Of a DNA stretch of 64,000 nucleotides, positions 18,178 to 25,925 are shown in pieces (the first letter of the stretch is position 1; every line of letters begins with the position of its first letter). The stretch is from an uncultured Clostridia bacterium (GTDB lineage: Bacteria; Bacillota; Clostridia; Christensenellales; UBA1242). Where the stretch lies: assembly GCA_944384465.1 (NCBI GenBank), contig CALWTK010000005.1:87-64086 (forward strand). Direction: 5' to 3'. A program made the position numbers and the translations under genes. The notes under the pieces are model-generated. The model made no database searches. It worked only from the letters and a program-made list of their open reading frames with translations, and was not told the origin of the DNA.

Positions 18178-18208
18178 GGCATATTATAATTAACAATATG
18201 TCTTTTTT
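18178..18208. terminator. bidirectional terminator between convergent genes
   Basis: GGCATATT-N9-AATATGTC flanked by an A-run and a T-run. It lies between CDS 17764-18141 (+) and uvrB (-). Confidence 0.7.
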
Positions 18209-18235
18209 GTAATTTATTTGTATAAACTATTAAAT

Positions 18236-20191
18236 TTATCTTAATTTTCTTTTTAGTTTTGCGATCTCTTCACGTAAGTTTATTGCTGTTTCAAAGTCTA
18301 GTTGGGAAGCTGCGGTATTCATCATGCCTTTTAGTTGTTCAATCTTCTTGGATATTTCTTGTTTTGTCATCTTTGTCTCTTCTTTATCCATTCGTATTTT
18401 CAGAGTATCCACAATGTCTTTCTTGATTGTCATAGGTTGTACATTGTGCTTTTTGTTGTATTCCATTTGAATTTTTCGTCTACGCTCGGTCTCTTGGATC
18501 GCTTGCTTCATGCTATCTGTCATCATATCTGCGTACATTATTACTTTGCTTTCACTATTTCTCGCCGCACGGCCTATAATCTGTATGAGGGAAGTGGCAC
18601 TACGCAAAAAGCCTTCTTTGTCCGCATCTAATATCGCCACCAACGTCACTTCGGGTAGGTCAAGACCTTCTCTCAATAGATTGATCCCGATCAGACAGTC
18701 AAATTCGTCCGCGCGCAATTCGTTGATGATTTTTACTCTTTCCAAGGTGTCAATATCGCTATGGAGATATTTCACACGTATGCCGTTTTCTCCAAAATAG
18801 GCACACAAATCTTCTGCCATTTTCTTTGTAAGAGTGGTAACTAGGACTTTGCCATGTTTTTCAACATTCTTTTTGATCTCATCGTATAGATTGTCCACTT
18901 GACCATTGCTAGGGCGAACTTCCACTTCGGGGTCTAATAGAAATGTTGGACGTATCACCTGTTCAACAACCTGACCAGCTAGAGACAATTCATATTCGTT
19001 AGGAGTCGCAGAGACATAGATGGTTTGTCCTATGCGGCTATTGAATTCTTCAAAGTTTAGTGGTCTATTGTCATAGGCACTAGGGAGTCGAAAGCCGTAT
19101 TCAACCAAGCTAGTTTTTCTTGCTCTGTCCCCATTGTACATACCGCGCACTTGAGGTAGAGTAATATGACTTTCGTCAACGAACAACAAGAAGCCGTTTG
19201 GGAAATAGTCTAGTAGAGTATATGGCGGTTCGCCGGGTGAGCGTCCGTCAAAATAGCGAGAATAATTCTCTATCCCCGAGCAATATCCCATCTCTTGCAT
19301 CATTTCTATGTCATAATTGGTGCGTTCTTTGATACGTTGTGCTTCTATATATTTTCCTTCACGCGTGAAAAATTCTTCGCGTTCTTTTGCATCTTTTCTA
19401 ATCTGCTCTAGTGCATTGTTTAGTTTTTCACTGCCGACAGCGTAGTGACTGGCAGGGAAGATGGACGCATGTTTCAATCTGTCAATTACTTTTCCTGTGA
19501 CAACTTCAAATTCACTAATATTTTCTATTTCGTCATCGAAAAATTCTACTCTGATTGCGTGTTCACTGCTGTCTGCTGGGAATATATCTACAACATCTCC
19601 GCGTGCTCTAAAGGTAGAACGTGTGAAATCAATCTCGTTTCGAGTGTATTGAATATTTATCAATCTATGTATCAAATCTTCACGCGTCATCTTGTCCCCA
19701 ATACGCAAAGAAATGTGCAGGTCATAATATTCTTTTGGTGCACCTAAGCCATAGATACATGAGACAGATGCGACAACTATCGTATCGCTACGCTCCAATA
19801 GACTGCTGGTGGCACTGTGGCGAAGCTTGTCTATCTCATCATTGACGCTCATATCCTTTTCTATATAAGTGTCAGTTGAGACGATATACGCTTCTGGTTG
19901 GTAATAATCATAATATGAAACAAAAAACTCAACTCGATTATTAGGAAAAAATTCTCTAAATTCGTTACACAACTGCGCTGCCAATGTCTTGTTGTGCGCG
20001 AGGACTAAAGTGGGGCGGTTGACTTGAGCGATCACATTCGCCATTGTAAAAGTCTTGCCACTACCCGTAACACCTTTCAAGACTTGGGCAGAAAGTCCGT
20101 CATTTATCCCTTCTACAAGTGAGTTTATTGCTTCTGGCTGGTCGCCAGTAGGCTTATATTTTGATACAAGTTCAAATTTTCTATATTCCAT
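18236..20191 (-). CDS. uvrB: excinuclease ABC subunit B
   Basis: 651 aa with Walker A 'GVTGSGKT', helicase motifs and a C-terminal UVR domain '[21 protein letters not shown]'. Confidence 0.97.
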   Translation of the reverse strand: MEYRKFELVSKYKPTGDQPEAINSLVEGINDGLSAQVLKGVTGSGKTFTMANVIAQVNRPTLVLAHNKTLAAQLCNEFREFFPNNRVEFFVSYYDYYQPEAYIVSTDTYIEKDMSVNDEIDKLRHSATSSLLERSDTIVVASVSCIYGLGAPKEYYDLHISLRIGDKMTREDLIHRLINIQYTRNEIDFTRSTFRARGDVVDIFPADSSEHAIRVEFFDDEIENISEFEVVTGKVIDRLKHASIFPASHYAVGSEKLNNALEQIRKDAKEREEFFTREGKYIEAQRIKERTNYDIEMMQEMGYCSGIENYSRYFDGRSPGEPPYTLLDYFPNGFLLFVDESHITLPQVRGMYNGDRARKTSLVEYGFRLPSAYDNRPLNFEEFNSRIGQTIYVSATPNEYELSLAGQVVEQVIRPTFLLDPEVEVRPSNGQVDNLYDEIKKNVEKHGKVLVTTLTKKMAEDLCAYFGENGIRVKYLHSDIDTLERVKIINELRADEFDCLIGINLLREGLDLPEVTLVAILDADKEGFLRSATSLIQIIGRAARNSESKVIMYADMMTDSMKQAIQETERRRKIQMEYNKKHNVQPMTIKKDIVDTLKIRMDKEETKMTKQEISKKIEQLKGMMNTAASQLDFETAINLREEIAKLKRKLR

Positions 20192-20197
20192 AACTTC

Positions 20198-20557
20198 CTA
20201 TAAAAATATATATCTGATCAATACGCCGATCAATGCACTTATTGCACCCAAGAGACATGTCCTGCCTAATAACAATAATAAATTTCGTTTGTTGTTGGTA
20301 AGTTCTCTATGAAAACCTTCGCCTTTGATCTTTAGCGAGACGCAGTATACTGGGCTACCTTTTTTGTCCGATTTGAATAGTTCGATGTAGTTGTCATAAC
20401 TTAAGTTTGTCATAATTTTTTCTAACTCTTCTGGATAGATAACATATCTGTCTGCCGCGAAAGAGATGATTTCTCGTGGCGAAATAAGGCAAGATTTTTT
20501 ACCTTGACACTTTTGATATACATATTCCATCACATATTTTTCTTTGAATGTTAGCAT
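20198..20557 (-). CDS. membrane-tethered winged-helix-like protein
   Basis: 119 aa. The N-terminal ~80 aa look wHTH-like and there is a single C-terminal TM (LLLLLGRTCLLGAISALIGVLI). It ends 6 nt upstream of the uvrB start. Confidence 0.55.
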   Translation of the reverse strand: MLTFKEKYVMEYVYQKCQGKKSCLISPREIISFAADRYVIYPEELEKIMTNLSYDNYIELFKSDKKGSPVYCVSLKIKGEGFHRELTNNKRNLLLLLGRTCLLGAISALIGVLIRYIFL

Positions 20558-20567
20558 GTTTGTTTAC

Positions 20568-20936
20568 CTAAAATGAAAATAGTATGAAAATCAGCATCGC
20601 AACAGATGTCCCCACGAATGAAGCTAGAGCGATGAACAAATAATTCAAAAAATTCGACTTTGTATTTTTTGATTTTGTCTTGCCACCATCTTGCTCCAAA
20701 AAAATCCTTGCTTTTGGTAGAAGAGAATAACAATAGGTGTTTTCTTCACTAAATTTGATGATAATATACTCTTGCTTTTCCAAAAAGTCAATAATTTGCT
20801 TGATTGTGTCCGCATCATATTGAGATTTTTGTGAAAGCGAAGCAAGGATCTCATCGCTAGTAACAACCTTGTAAGCATTGCCTTCAGCAAGTTTGTTCAA
20901 AGATTTTAAGATTGCGATTGATTTTCTATCCAGCAT
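20568..20936 (-). CDS. membrane-tethered winged-helix-like protein (same architecture as 20198-20557)
   Basis: 122 aa. N-terminal 'SIAILKSLNKLAEGNAYKVVTSDEILASL...IKQIIDFLEKQEYIIIK' is wHTH-like, with a C-terminal TM (YLFIALASFVGTSVAMLIFILF). Confidence 0.55.
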   Translation of the reverse strand: MLDRKSIAILKSLNKLAEGNAYKVVTSDEILASLSQKSQYDADTIKQIIDFLEKQEYIIIKFSEENTYCYSLLPKARIFLEQDGGKTKSKNTKSNFLNYLFIALASFVGTSVAMLIFILFSF

Positions 20937-20948
20937 AAATACTCCTAT

Positions 20949-20977
20949 ATTATAGCATCTAGAAATATTTTTTGCAA
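20949..20977 (-). promoter_or_regulatory. promoter of the wHTH-wHTH-uvrB operon
   Basis: On the minus strand: TTGCAA (20977-20972), 17 nt, TGc-TATAAT (20954-20949). The ATG at 20936 is only 12 nt past the -10, implying a very short 5' UTR. Confidence 0.6.
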
Positions 20978-20988
20978 TCTTTTATAAA

Positions 20989-22758
20989 TTATTTACAAAG
21001 AGATTTATATTCATCTAACTGCCTTTTTATATAATCAAAGGCGATTTTATACGGCTCTTCCTGTGTCAAATCTACTCCGATTTCTTTTAGAACTTCAATG
21101 CTTGGTTTGTTTGTACCATTTTTAAGAAAATAGATGTATTTTTTGTAAAAATCAGGTTCATTTAATATTTTCGTGGCTAGCGTGATTGCTGTCACCAATC
21201 CGGTAGCGTAAGTGTACACATAGTAGGCAGAATAAAAATGCGGAACAAGCGACCACTCATATTGCATGGACTTAGGAATTTTACATGAATTGCCATAATA
21301 TTTTTTGTTTAAATTAGTATAGCATTCGTTTAAATCTTTGTAAGTGATATTTTCTTCATTCTCTATCTTTTGATGAGCGAAGAGTTCAAATTCGGTGAAT
21401 AAAGTTTGCCTATATATAATGCCCCTAACATTGTCTAGGAATTGTTGCAGGTAATAAATTTTTTCACGCTTGGTCGTATTCTTCAAAAGATATTGCGATA
21501 GTAATGTTTCATTCACTGTGCTCGCAATTTCAGCAGCAAAAATGGTTATATCTGCCTTTTGATGCGGTTGTGCCATCAAGAAATATTCCGCATTGATGCA
21601 GTGCCCCATCTCGTGGACAAGGGTAGAGAGCGAATCATAGTCGTCTATGAAATTCATCAATATGACAGTTTTCGCGCCATAACAGTGTGAATTATATGCC
21701 CCGGTATATTTGTTTTCATTGGGGAGATAGTCAATAGATTTGTCATTCAATTTTTTCTTAACTAGATCAATGTATTCGTTTCCCAATGGAGATAGGGCAT
21801 CTAGCATTATTTTTTGAGCTTGCTCAATCGTGTATTTTGTCTTGTTTGATCTTTCTTCAAATAGGTCGTAATATGAAAAATTTTTGTTGTTTGATATTTT
21901 TGCTTGCGTTTTCACAAAATCTTGCAACAAAGGTATATTTTCGTTTGTGTATTTAATGATGTTATCAAAAACTGATTTAGGCACATCATTTTCTATCAGT
22001 TCGCGCTCTAATACAGAATTATAGTTTGAAATAGAGCATGAGAATTTGTCCAATTCTATGTCTTTTAAATACAACTCGGTCAGTGTTTTGTTTAGATTGC
22101 CGTACGCTTGCATCATAGAATTAAATGCGTTTTTCCTAAGTAGCGGGTCTTTTGAGTGTAAAAAAGATGAGTAATTAGCGGTGTCCAATTTGTGAATTTT
22201 GCCTTTTGAATCAGTTATGTCATCATATTTAATTTCAGAGTCGCGCAAGATGCTATGAATGGTCTCGTTGTCGCCAAGGAAGGAGCCCATTTTTGATAAA
22301 ATTTCATTCGTCTTTTCATCAATTTTATGTGGCTTCAATTTGATAATGTCTTTTATCATGTTGTCATAATCTTTAAATCTTTTGTCCGTCAACAAAGAAT
22401 TTAGATAAGCGTCATCCAATTCGTATAGTTGTGGCGTGAAAAAGGAATTTGCTTGGTCCAATTTTGTCTCTAAATTGATAAATTTTTGAATATATTCCAA
22501 AATCTTCACGTTGGACGCGTCCGTGTTCTTCATATTTGATAGAAAATACGCCAATTTATTGATTTGTATAAACTCTTTTTCGTATTTGGTGAGTCGTTCG
22601 TAAAGTATGTCAGGATTGTTTAATTTGTCTTTATATTTAGGTAAAATTGTAGTCATCTTCTCCATTGTTTTGAAAGTCTCTATAATTTCAGCGTCATCTT
22701 TTATGACCGAGGTTAGGTCCCATTTGTATTCTTCGGGAATTTGAGTTCGTTTTTTCAT
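20989..22758 (-). CDS. pepF: oligoendopeptidase F (M3B family)
   Basis: 589 aa with Zn motif 'VHEMGHCI' (HEXXH). Length and layout are typical of PepF. Confidence 0.88.
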   Translation of the reverse strand: MKKRTQIPEEYKWDLTSVIKDDAEIIETFKTMEKMTTILPKYKDKLNNPDILYERLTKYEKEFIQINKLAYFLSNMKNTDASNVKILEYIQKFINLETKLDQANSFFTPQLYELDDAYLNSLLTDKRFKDYDNMIKDIIKLKPHKIDEKTNEILSKMGSFLGDNETIHSILRDSEIKYDDITDSKGKIHKLDTANYSSFLHSKDPLLRKNAFNSMMQAYGNLNKTLTELYLKDIELDKFSCSISNYNSVLERELIENDVPKSVFDNIIKYTNENIPLLQDFVKTQAKISNNKNFSYYDLFEERSNKTKYTIEQAQKIMLDALSPLGNEYIDLVKKKLNDKSIDYLPNENKYTGAYNSHCYGAKTVILMNFIDDYDSLSTLVHEMGHCINAEYFLMAQPHQKADITIFAAEIASTVNETLLSQYLLKNTTKREKIYYLQQFLDNVRGIIYRQTLFTEFELFAHQKIENEENITYKDLNECYTNLNKKYYGNSCKIPKSMQYEWSLVPHFYSAYYVYTYATGLVTAITLATKILNEPDFYKKYIYFLKNGTNKPSIEVLKEIGVDLTQEEPYKIAFDYIKRQLDEYKSLCK

Positions 22759-22868
22759 ATCTTCTCCTTATATTAAGTTTAAATTTAATATTATTTTTGT
22801 CAAGCATTTAGTTTTTAAACTCTACATTAGAGCATATATTGAAATGTGATCATATGTTGCATATAATC

Positions 22869-22897
22869 TTGACAATTAATGTCGAATAATATATAAT
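22869..22897 (+). promoter_or_regulatory. sigma-A-type promoter
   Basis: TTGACA (22869-22874), 17 nt, TATAAT (22892-22897); full consensus. Confidence 0.7.
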
Positions 22898-22922
22898 ATA
22901 GAAAATTTGAAAGGAGAGAAGT

Positions 22923-23306
22923 ATGAGAAAAATTCTTTTGATTATCTGTGTGGTGTTTGTGGTGCTTTGTTATGGGTACCCTTGTTTTATACTGCCATTC
23001 GGCGAATATTCTAAGACTTATGAATTGGCAGGTGTGTCTGTAGAAGAGACATATAAGTTCAATTTTAATGGTACATGCGTACATAGTTTAGGCGAACTTA
23101 CCACCGAATATCATTATAAATTGAGTGGCAATGATGTCATCTTGAGCATAAATGATACCTTTGATGATGAAGATGATTTTACAATTAGTATCAATTCAAT
23201 GTATAATGTAGGCAACGGCTTCTTCAACCAAGTGGGCATGTATGTCGCTATAGGCGTTGGAGTAGCAGCATTACTTTTGATTGTAACAATTCCTAGAAAG
23301 AATTAA
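22923..23306 (+). CDS. small membrane protein
   Basis: 127 aa with an N-terminal TM/signal (ILLIICVVFVVLCYG) and a C-terminal TM (YVAIGVGVAALLLIV). SD AAAGGAGAG, its own promoter and terminator. Confidence 0.6.
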   Translation: MRKILLIICVVFVVLCYGYPCFILPFGEYSKTYELAGVSVEETYKFNFNGTCVHSLGELTTEYHYKLSGNDVILSINDTFDDEDDFTISINSMYNVGNGFFNQVGMYVAIGVGVAALLLIVTIPRKN

Positions 23307-23343
23307 TGTGATTAAAATATTACATTTTAACTAGCAAATAAAA

Positions 23344-23372
23344 ATAGTGCACTGGTATGCACTATTTTTTTA
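23344..23372 (+). terminator. Rho-independent terminator
   Basis: ATAGTGCA-CTGGTA-TGCACTAT followed by T7. Confidence 0.8.
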
Positions 23373-23441
23373 TGATTAGTTAATCATTTGGATTATAGTA
23401 CGAGATTTGAAATTTTTAGTAATATGACATGTGAAAATAGT

Positions 23442-23470
23442 TTGAAATATTAGTATTGATAGTTTATAAT
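23442..23470 (+). promoter_or_regulatory. sigma-A-type promoter (upstream, second promoter of the MerR-like locus)
   Basis: TTGAAA (23442-23447), 17 nt, TATAAT (23465-23470), about 160 nt upstream of the MerR-like ATG. Confidence 0.5.
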
Positions 23471-23581
23471 TATTATGAAAAGAAAGGAATAAATACAAGG
23501 TAATTTTCTTTATATCTTTTAAATTTTCTGTAAATTCATAAAATAATTAAAAAAAAATTTTAAAAATTTTGTCAAAAACAC

Positions 23582-23612
23582 TTGAGTCTATAGTTAACTA
23601 TAATGATATAGT
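23582..23612 (+). promoter_or_regulatory. MerR-type promoter with 19-bp spacer and internal dyad operator
   Basis: TTGAGT (23582-23587), 19 nt, TATAGT (23607-23612). The spacer contains the perfect 14-bp palindrome TATAGTTAACTATA (23589-23602). Confidence 0.6.
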
Positions 23613-23632
23613 CGGGTTAGAAAGGAGGGAAA

Positions 23633-25150
23633 ATGTATTCAATAGGTCGATTTTCAAAGATTATGGGCATCAGTACTAAAACACTTATTTGGTACGATAA
23701 CATAGGACTTTTGAAGCCTGATTTTGTTAATGAAGAGAATGGTTATAGATACTATACTGCAGATAGTATTAAAAAGCTCGCTAACATTCAATATTTTCAA
23801 TCACTTGACTTTTCAATAGACGAGATAATGCACATGTCGAAAAGTGTTATTGAAAACAAAATGAAAGAATTGCAAAATAAAATCGACCACATTGAATTCA
23901 ATCTATCCTTTCTTGAAAAATTAAAGGAGGAAGATATGAATAAAAAAATTTTAACAATTTACGACATCCAAAAGAGTAAGGAGCATCAAGCAAGAATTCA
24001 AGGGAAATGGGCTTACGCAAACTCAACAAATAGTTTCACAAAGGCTATTGAGCGTTGTCCAGTATCAACTAAACCGACAGATATGCCAAAGGAACTCTTT
24101 TTTGGTGAAGAACAATGCGGAACGGATACAAAAAATCTTTTGTATTACAGCATTGACACAATTAACATAAAAGAAAAGACATATACATTTTTAATTATGA
24201 ACTTGGATGAAAGTTTGATTTTGTTTGAAAGAGAAGAACCATATTCGCAAGAACAACGACTGCATTTTCATGTTTATAGACGGCTTAACAATACACCATA
24301 CACAAGAAAAGATTTAGAAGAAATTATGGAAAAAGCAGAAGAGCGAAAGCTTATGCAGAAAGATATTAACTGCGAATATAACAATTTTTTAGATGGAACT
24401 TGGCAACATATTGACAATATAAAGGAAAGTGAAATTTCTTCTTACCACGAAAGGAAGAAAAAAGATTGTTTTAACATACTCTATCCTATGTTTGATAAAA
24501 TTTGTTTCATGGAGGGAGATGTTGCAGTCATGGGAGATGATGATAGTTTTACTATTGGCAAAAAAACTTATACAAAAGAAAATTCTATGATGAAATTAAG
24601 GATATATCCTGATGCTAAAATATATATTGAAAACAATATTTTGCATGTTAGACACAAAATTATTGAAAGAATGGTCAATGGGGACAACCTATTATTCATT
24701 AATTTTACCGGTGAGCTTGACACTGACGAAAATACAACCGTTTATGTTTACAAAAAATCAATAAGTAAAAGCAAGGATTCAACTAAGAAAAAAGAAAATT
24801 TTGCAAGTTGTATTGAAAAGATTTCTGACAACGAAATAGTCGATTATATGAAGAATAGTTTGGAGATGAGCCAAGAGCTTGCTGACAGACAAATGGAATT
24901 ATTTAAACGCAACAAAGATATATTTGATGAATTCAAGTATTGGTTTTATAATTTTAAAAATGGACATAATGATGCATCCAATTTCGTAGTTGAGAATCCA
25001 GTTGAAGTTCAGGGATATACTGCTTATATTTTATATCAAAAATTTGGGGATAGATTGCGCGGTATTGGAATATTTAATTTACTTATTTCTTTAAGAGAAA
25101 ATCCAGAAGAAGCACTGGATTTAATCAAACGCGATTTACCTCGTAAATAG
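23633..25150 (+). CDS. MerR-family transcriptional regulator with ~400-aa uncharacterised C-terminal extension
   Basis: 505 aa. The N-terminal 'YSIGRFSKIMGISTKTLIWYDNIGLLKPDFVNEENGYRYYTADSIKKL' is a canonical MerR HTH followed by a coiled coil. I recognise nothing in the rest. Confidence 0.8.
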   Translation: MYSIGRFSKIMGISTKTLIWYDNIGLLKPDFVNEENGYRYYTADSIKKLANIQYFQSLDFSIDEIMHMSKSVIENKMKELQNKIDHIEFNLSFLEKLKEEDMNKKILTIYDIQKSKEHQARIQGKWAYANSTNSFTKAIERCPVSTKPTDMPKELFFGEEQCGTDTKNLLYYSIDTINIKEKTYTFLIMNLDESLILFEREEPYSQEQRLHFHVYRRLNNTPYTRKDLEEIMEKAEERKLMQKDINCEYNNFLDGTWQHIDNIKESEISSYHERKKKDCFNILYPMFDKICFMEGDVAVMGDDDSFTIGKKTYTKENSMMKLRIYPDAKIYIENNILHVRHKIIERMVNGDNLLFINFTGELDTDENTTVYVYKKSISKSKDSTKKKENFASCIEKISDNEIVDYMKNSLEMSQELADRQMELFKRNKDIFDEFKYWFYNFKNGHNDASNFVVENPVEVQGYTAYILYQKFGDRLRGIGIFNLLISLRENPEEALDLIKRDLPRK

Positions 25151-25164
25151 AAAAGGGAAAAATT

Positions 25165-25791
25165 ATGAAAAATTTAGATCCATATGTAGAAATTAAAATC
25201 ATAAGTAAAGAAAATGAGATATACAAATGGCTAGAGATTATCTCAAACACTGCATATATAGCAATAGAGTCGACCACACATCATAAAATAAATGGAAATG
25301 AGTTCCTAAAAATTTTAGACCACCACAGACAAAGTGTTATTGATTATTACAATGCAGGACTTTCAAAAAATGATATTAGTGATCTTTGTTATATAAAAAT
25401 TGCAGTTGAAAACAAGTTGTATGAATTTAACTTTGATTATGAAAATAAGGAATTACTCAATTTTGCCAATGTTTTATATCGGGATTTTAAACATTTGATA
25501 GAATTTTATTGTCTTAATTATGATGATGTTGAATGGAATATTATAAAAGATATAAAATCTCTACCCATAAATACAAAATTTGTAATTGATGATTATTTTA
25601 AAAAATATGGAATAATAGGAAAAAGCGATAAAGATTGGTTATATAATCATTTTAAAAATCACATAAAAGATTATGTTAAAATTAGAAAAAAACCTTTCAA
25701 ACCATTATATCTTTGCAATGCTATAAGAATTGAAGAAAAAAATAAAAAAGCAAAAGAAGAAAATGTGTCTTGGGATTCATTTAAATTTTAA
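25165..25791 (+). CDS. hypothetical protein
   Basis: 208-aa ORF starting 14 nt after the MerR-like gene, so probably co-transcribed. No motif recognised. Confidence 0.55.
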   Translation: MKNLDPYVEIKIISKENEIYKWLEIISNTAYIAIESTTHHKINGNEFLKILDHHRQSVIDYYNAGLSKNDISDLCYIKIAVENKLYEFNFDYENKELLNFANVLYRDFKHLIEFYCLNYDDVEWNIIKDIKSLPINTKFVIDDYFKKYGIIGKSDKDWLYNHFKNHIKDYVKIRKKPFKPLYLCNAIRIEEKNKKAKEENVSWDSFKF

Positions 25792-25857
25792 TCAAATATT
25801 AAAATTATAAACAATTAATTTAGTATAAACATGATAAATATTTTATAAATTGAACAG

Positions 25858-25886
25858 TTGAAAATTGACGAAATATTTGATATAAT
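25858..25886 (+). promoter_or_regulatory. uvrA promoter
   Basis: TTGAAA (25858-25863), 17 nt, TGa-TATAAT (25881-25886). Confidence 0.65.
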
Positions 25887-25925
25887 ATTATTTGATAATT
25901 AATTGGGTACAATAGAGGATAAATT

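Noticed and set aside
25840-25870. GAACAGTTG near the uvrA promoter as a possible LexA (Cheo) box.
   Set aside because: It does not satisfy GAAC-N4-GTTC, because the second half-site is missing. No box is seen at the uvrB operon promoter either.
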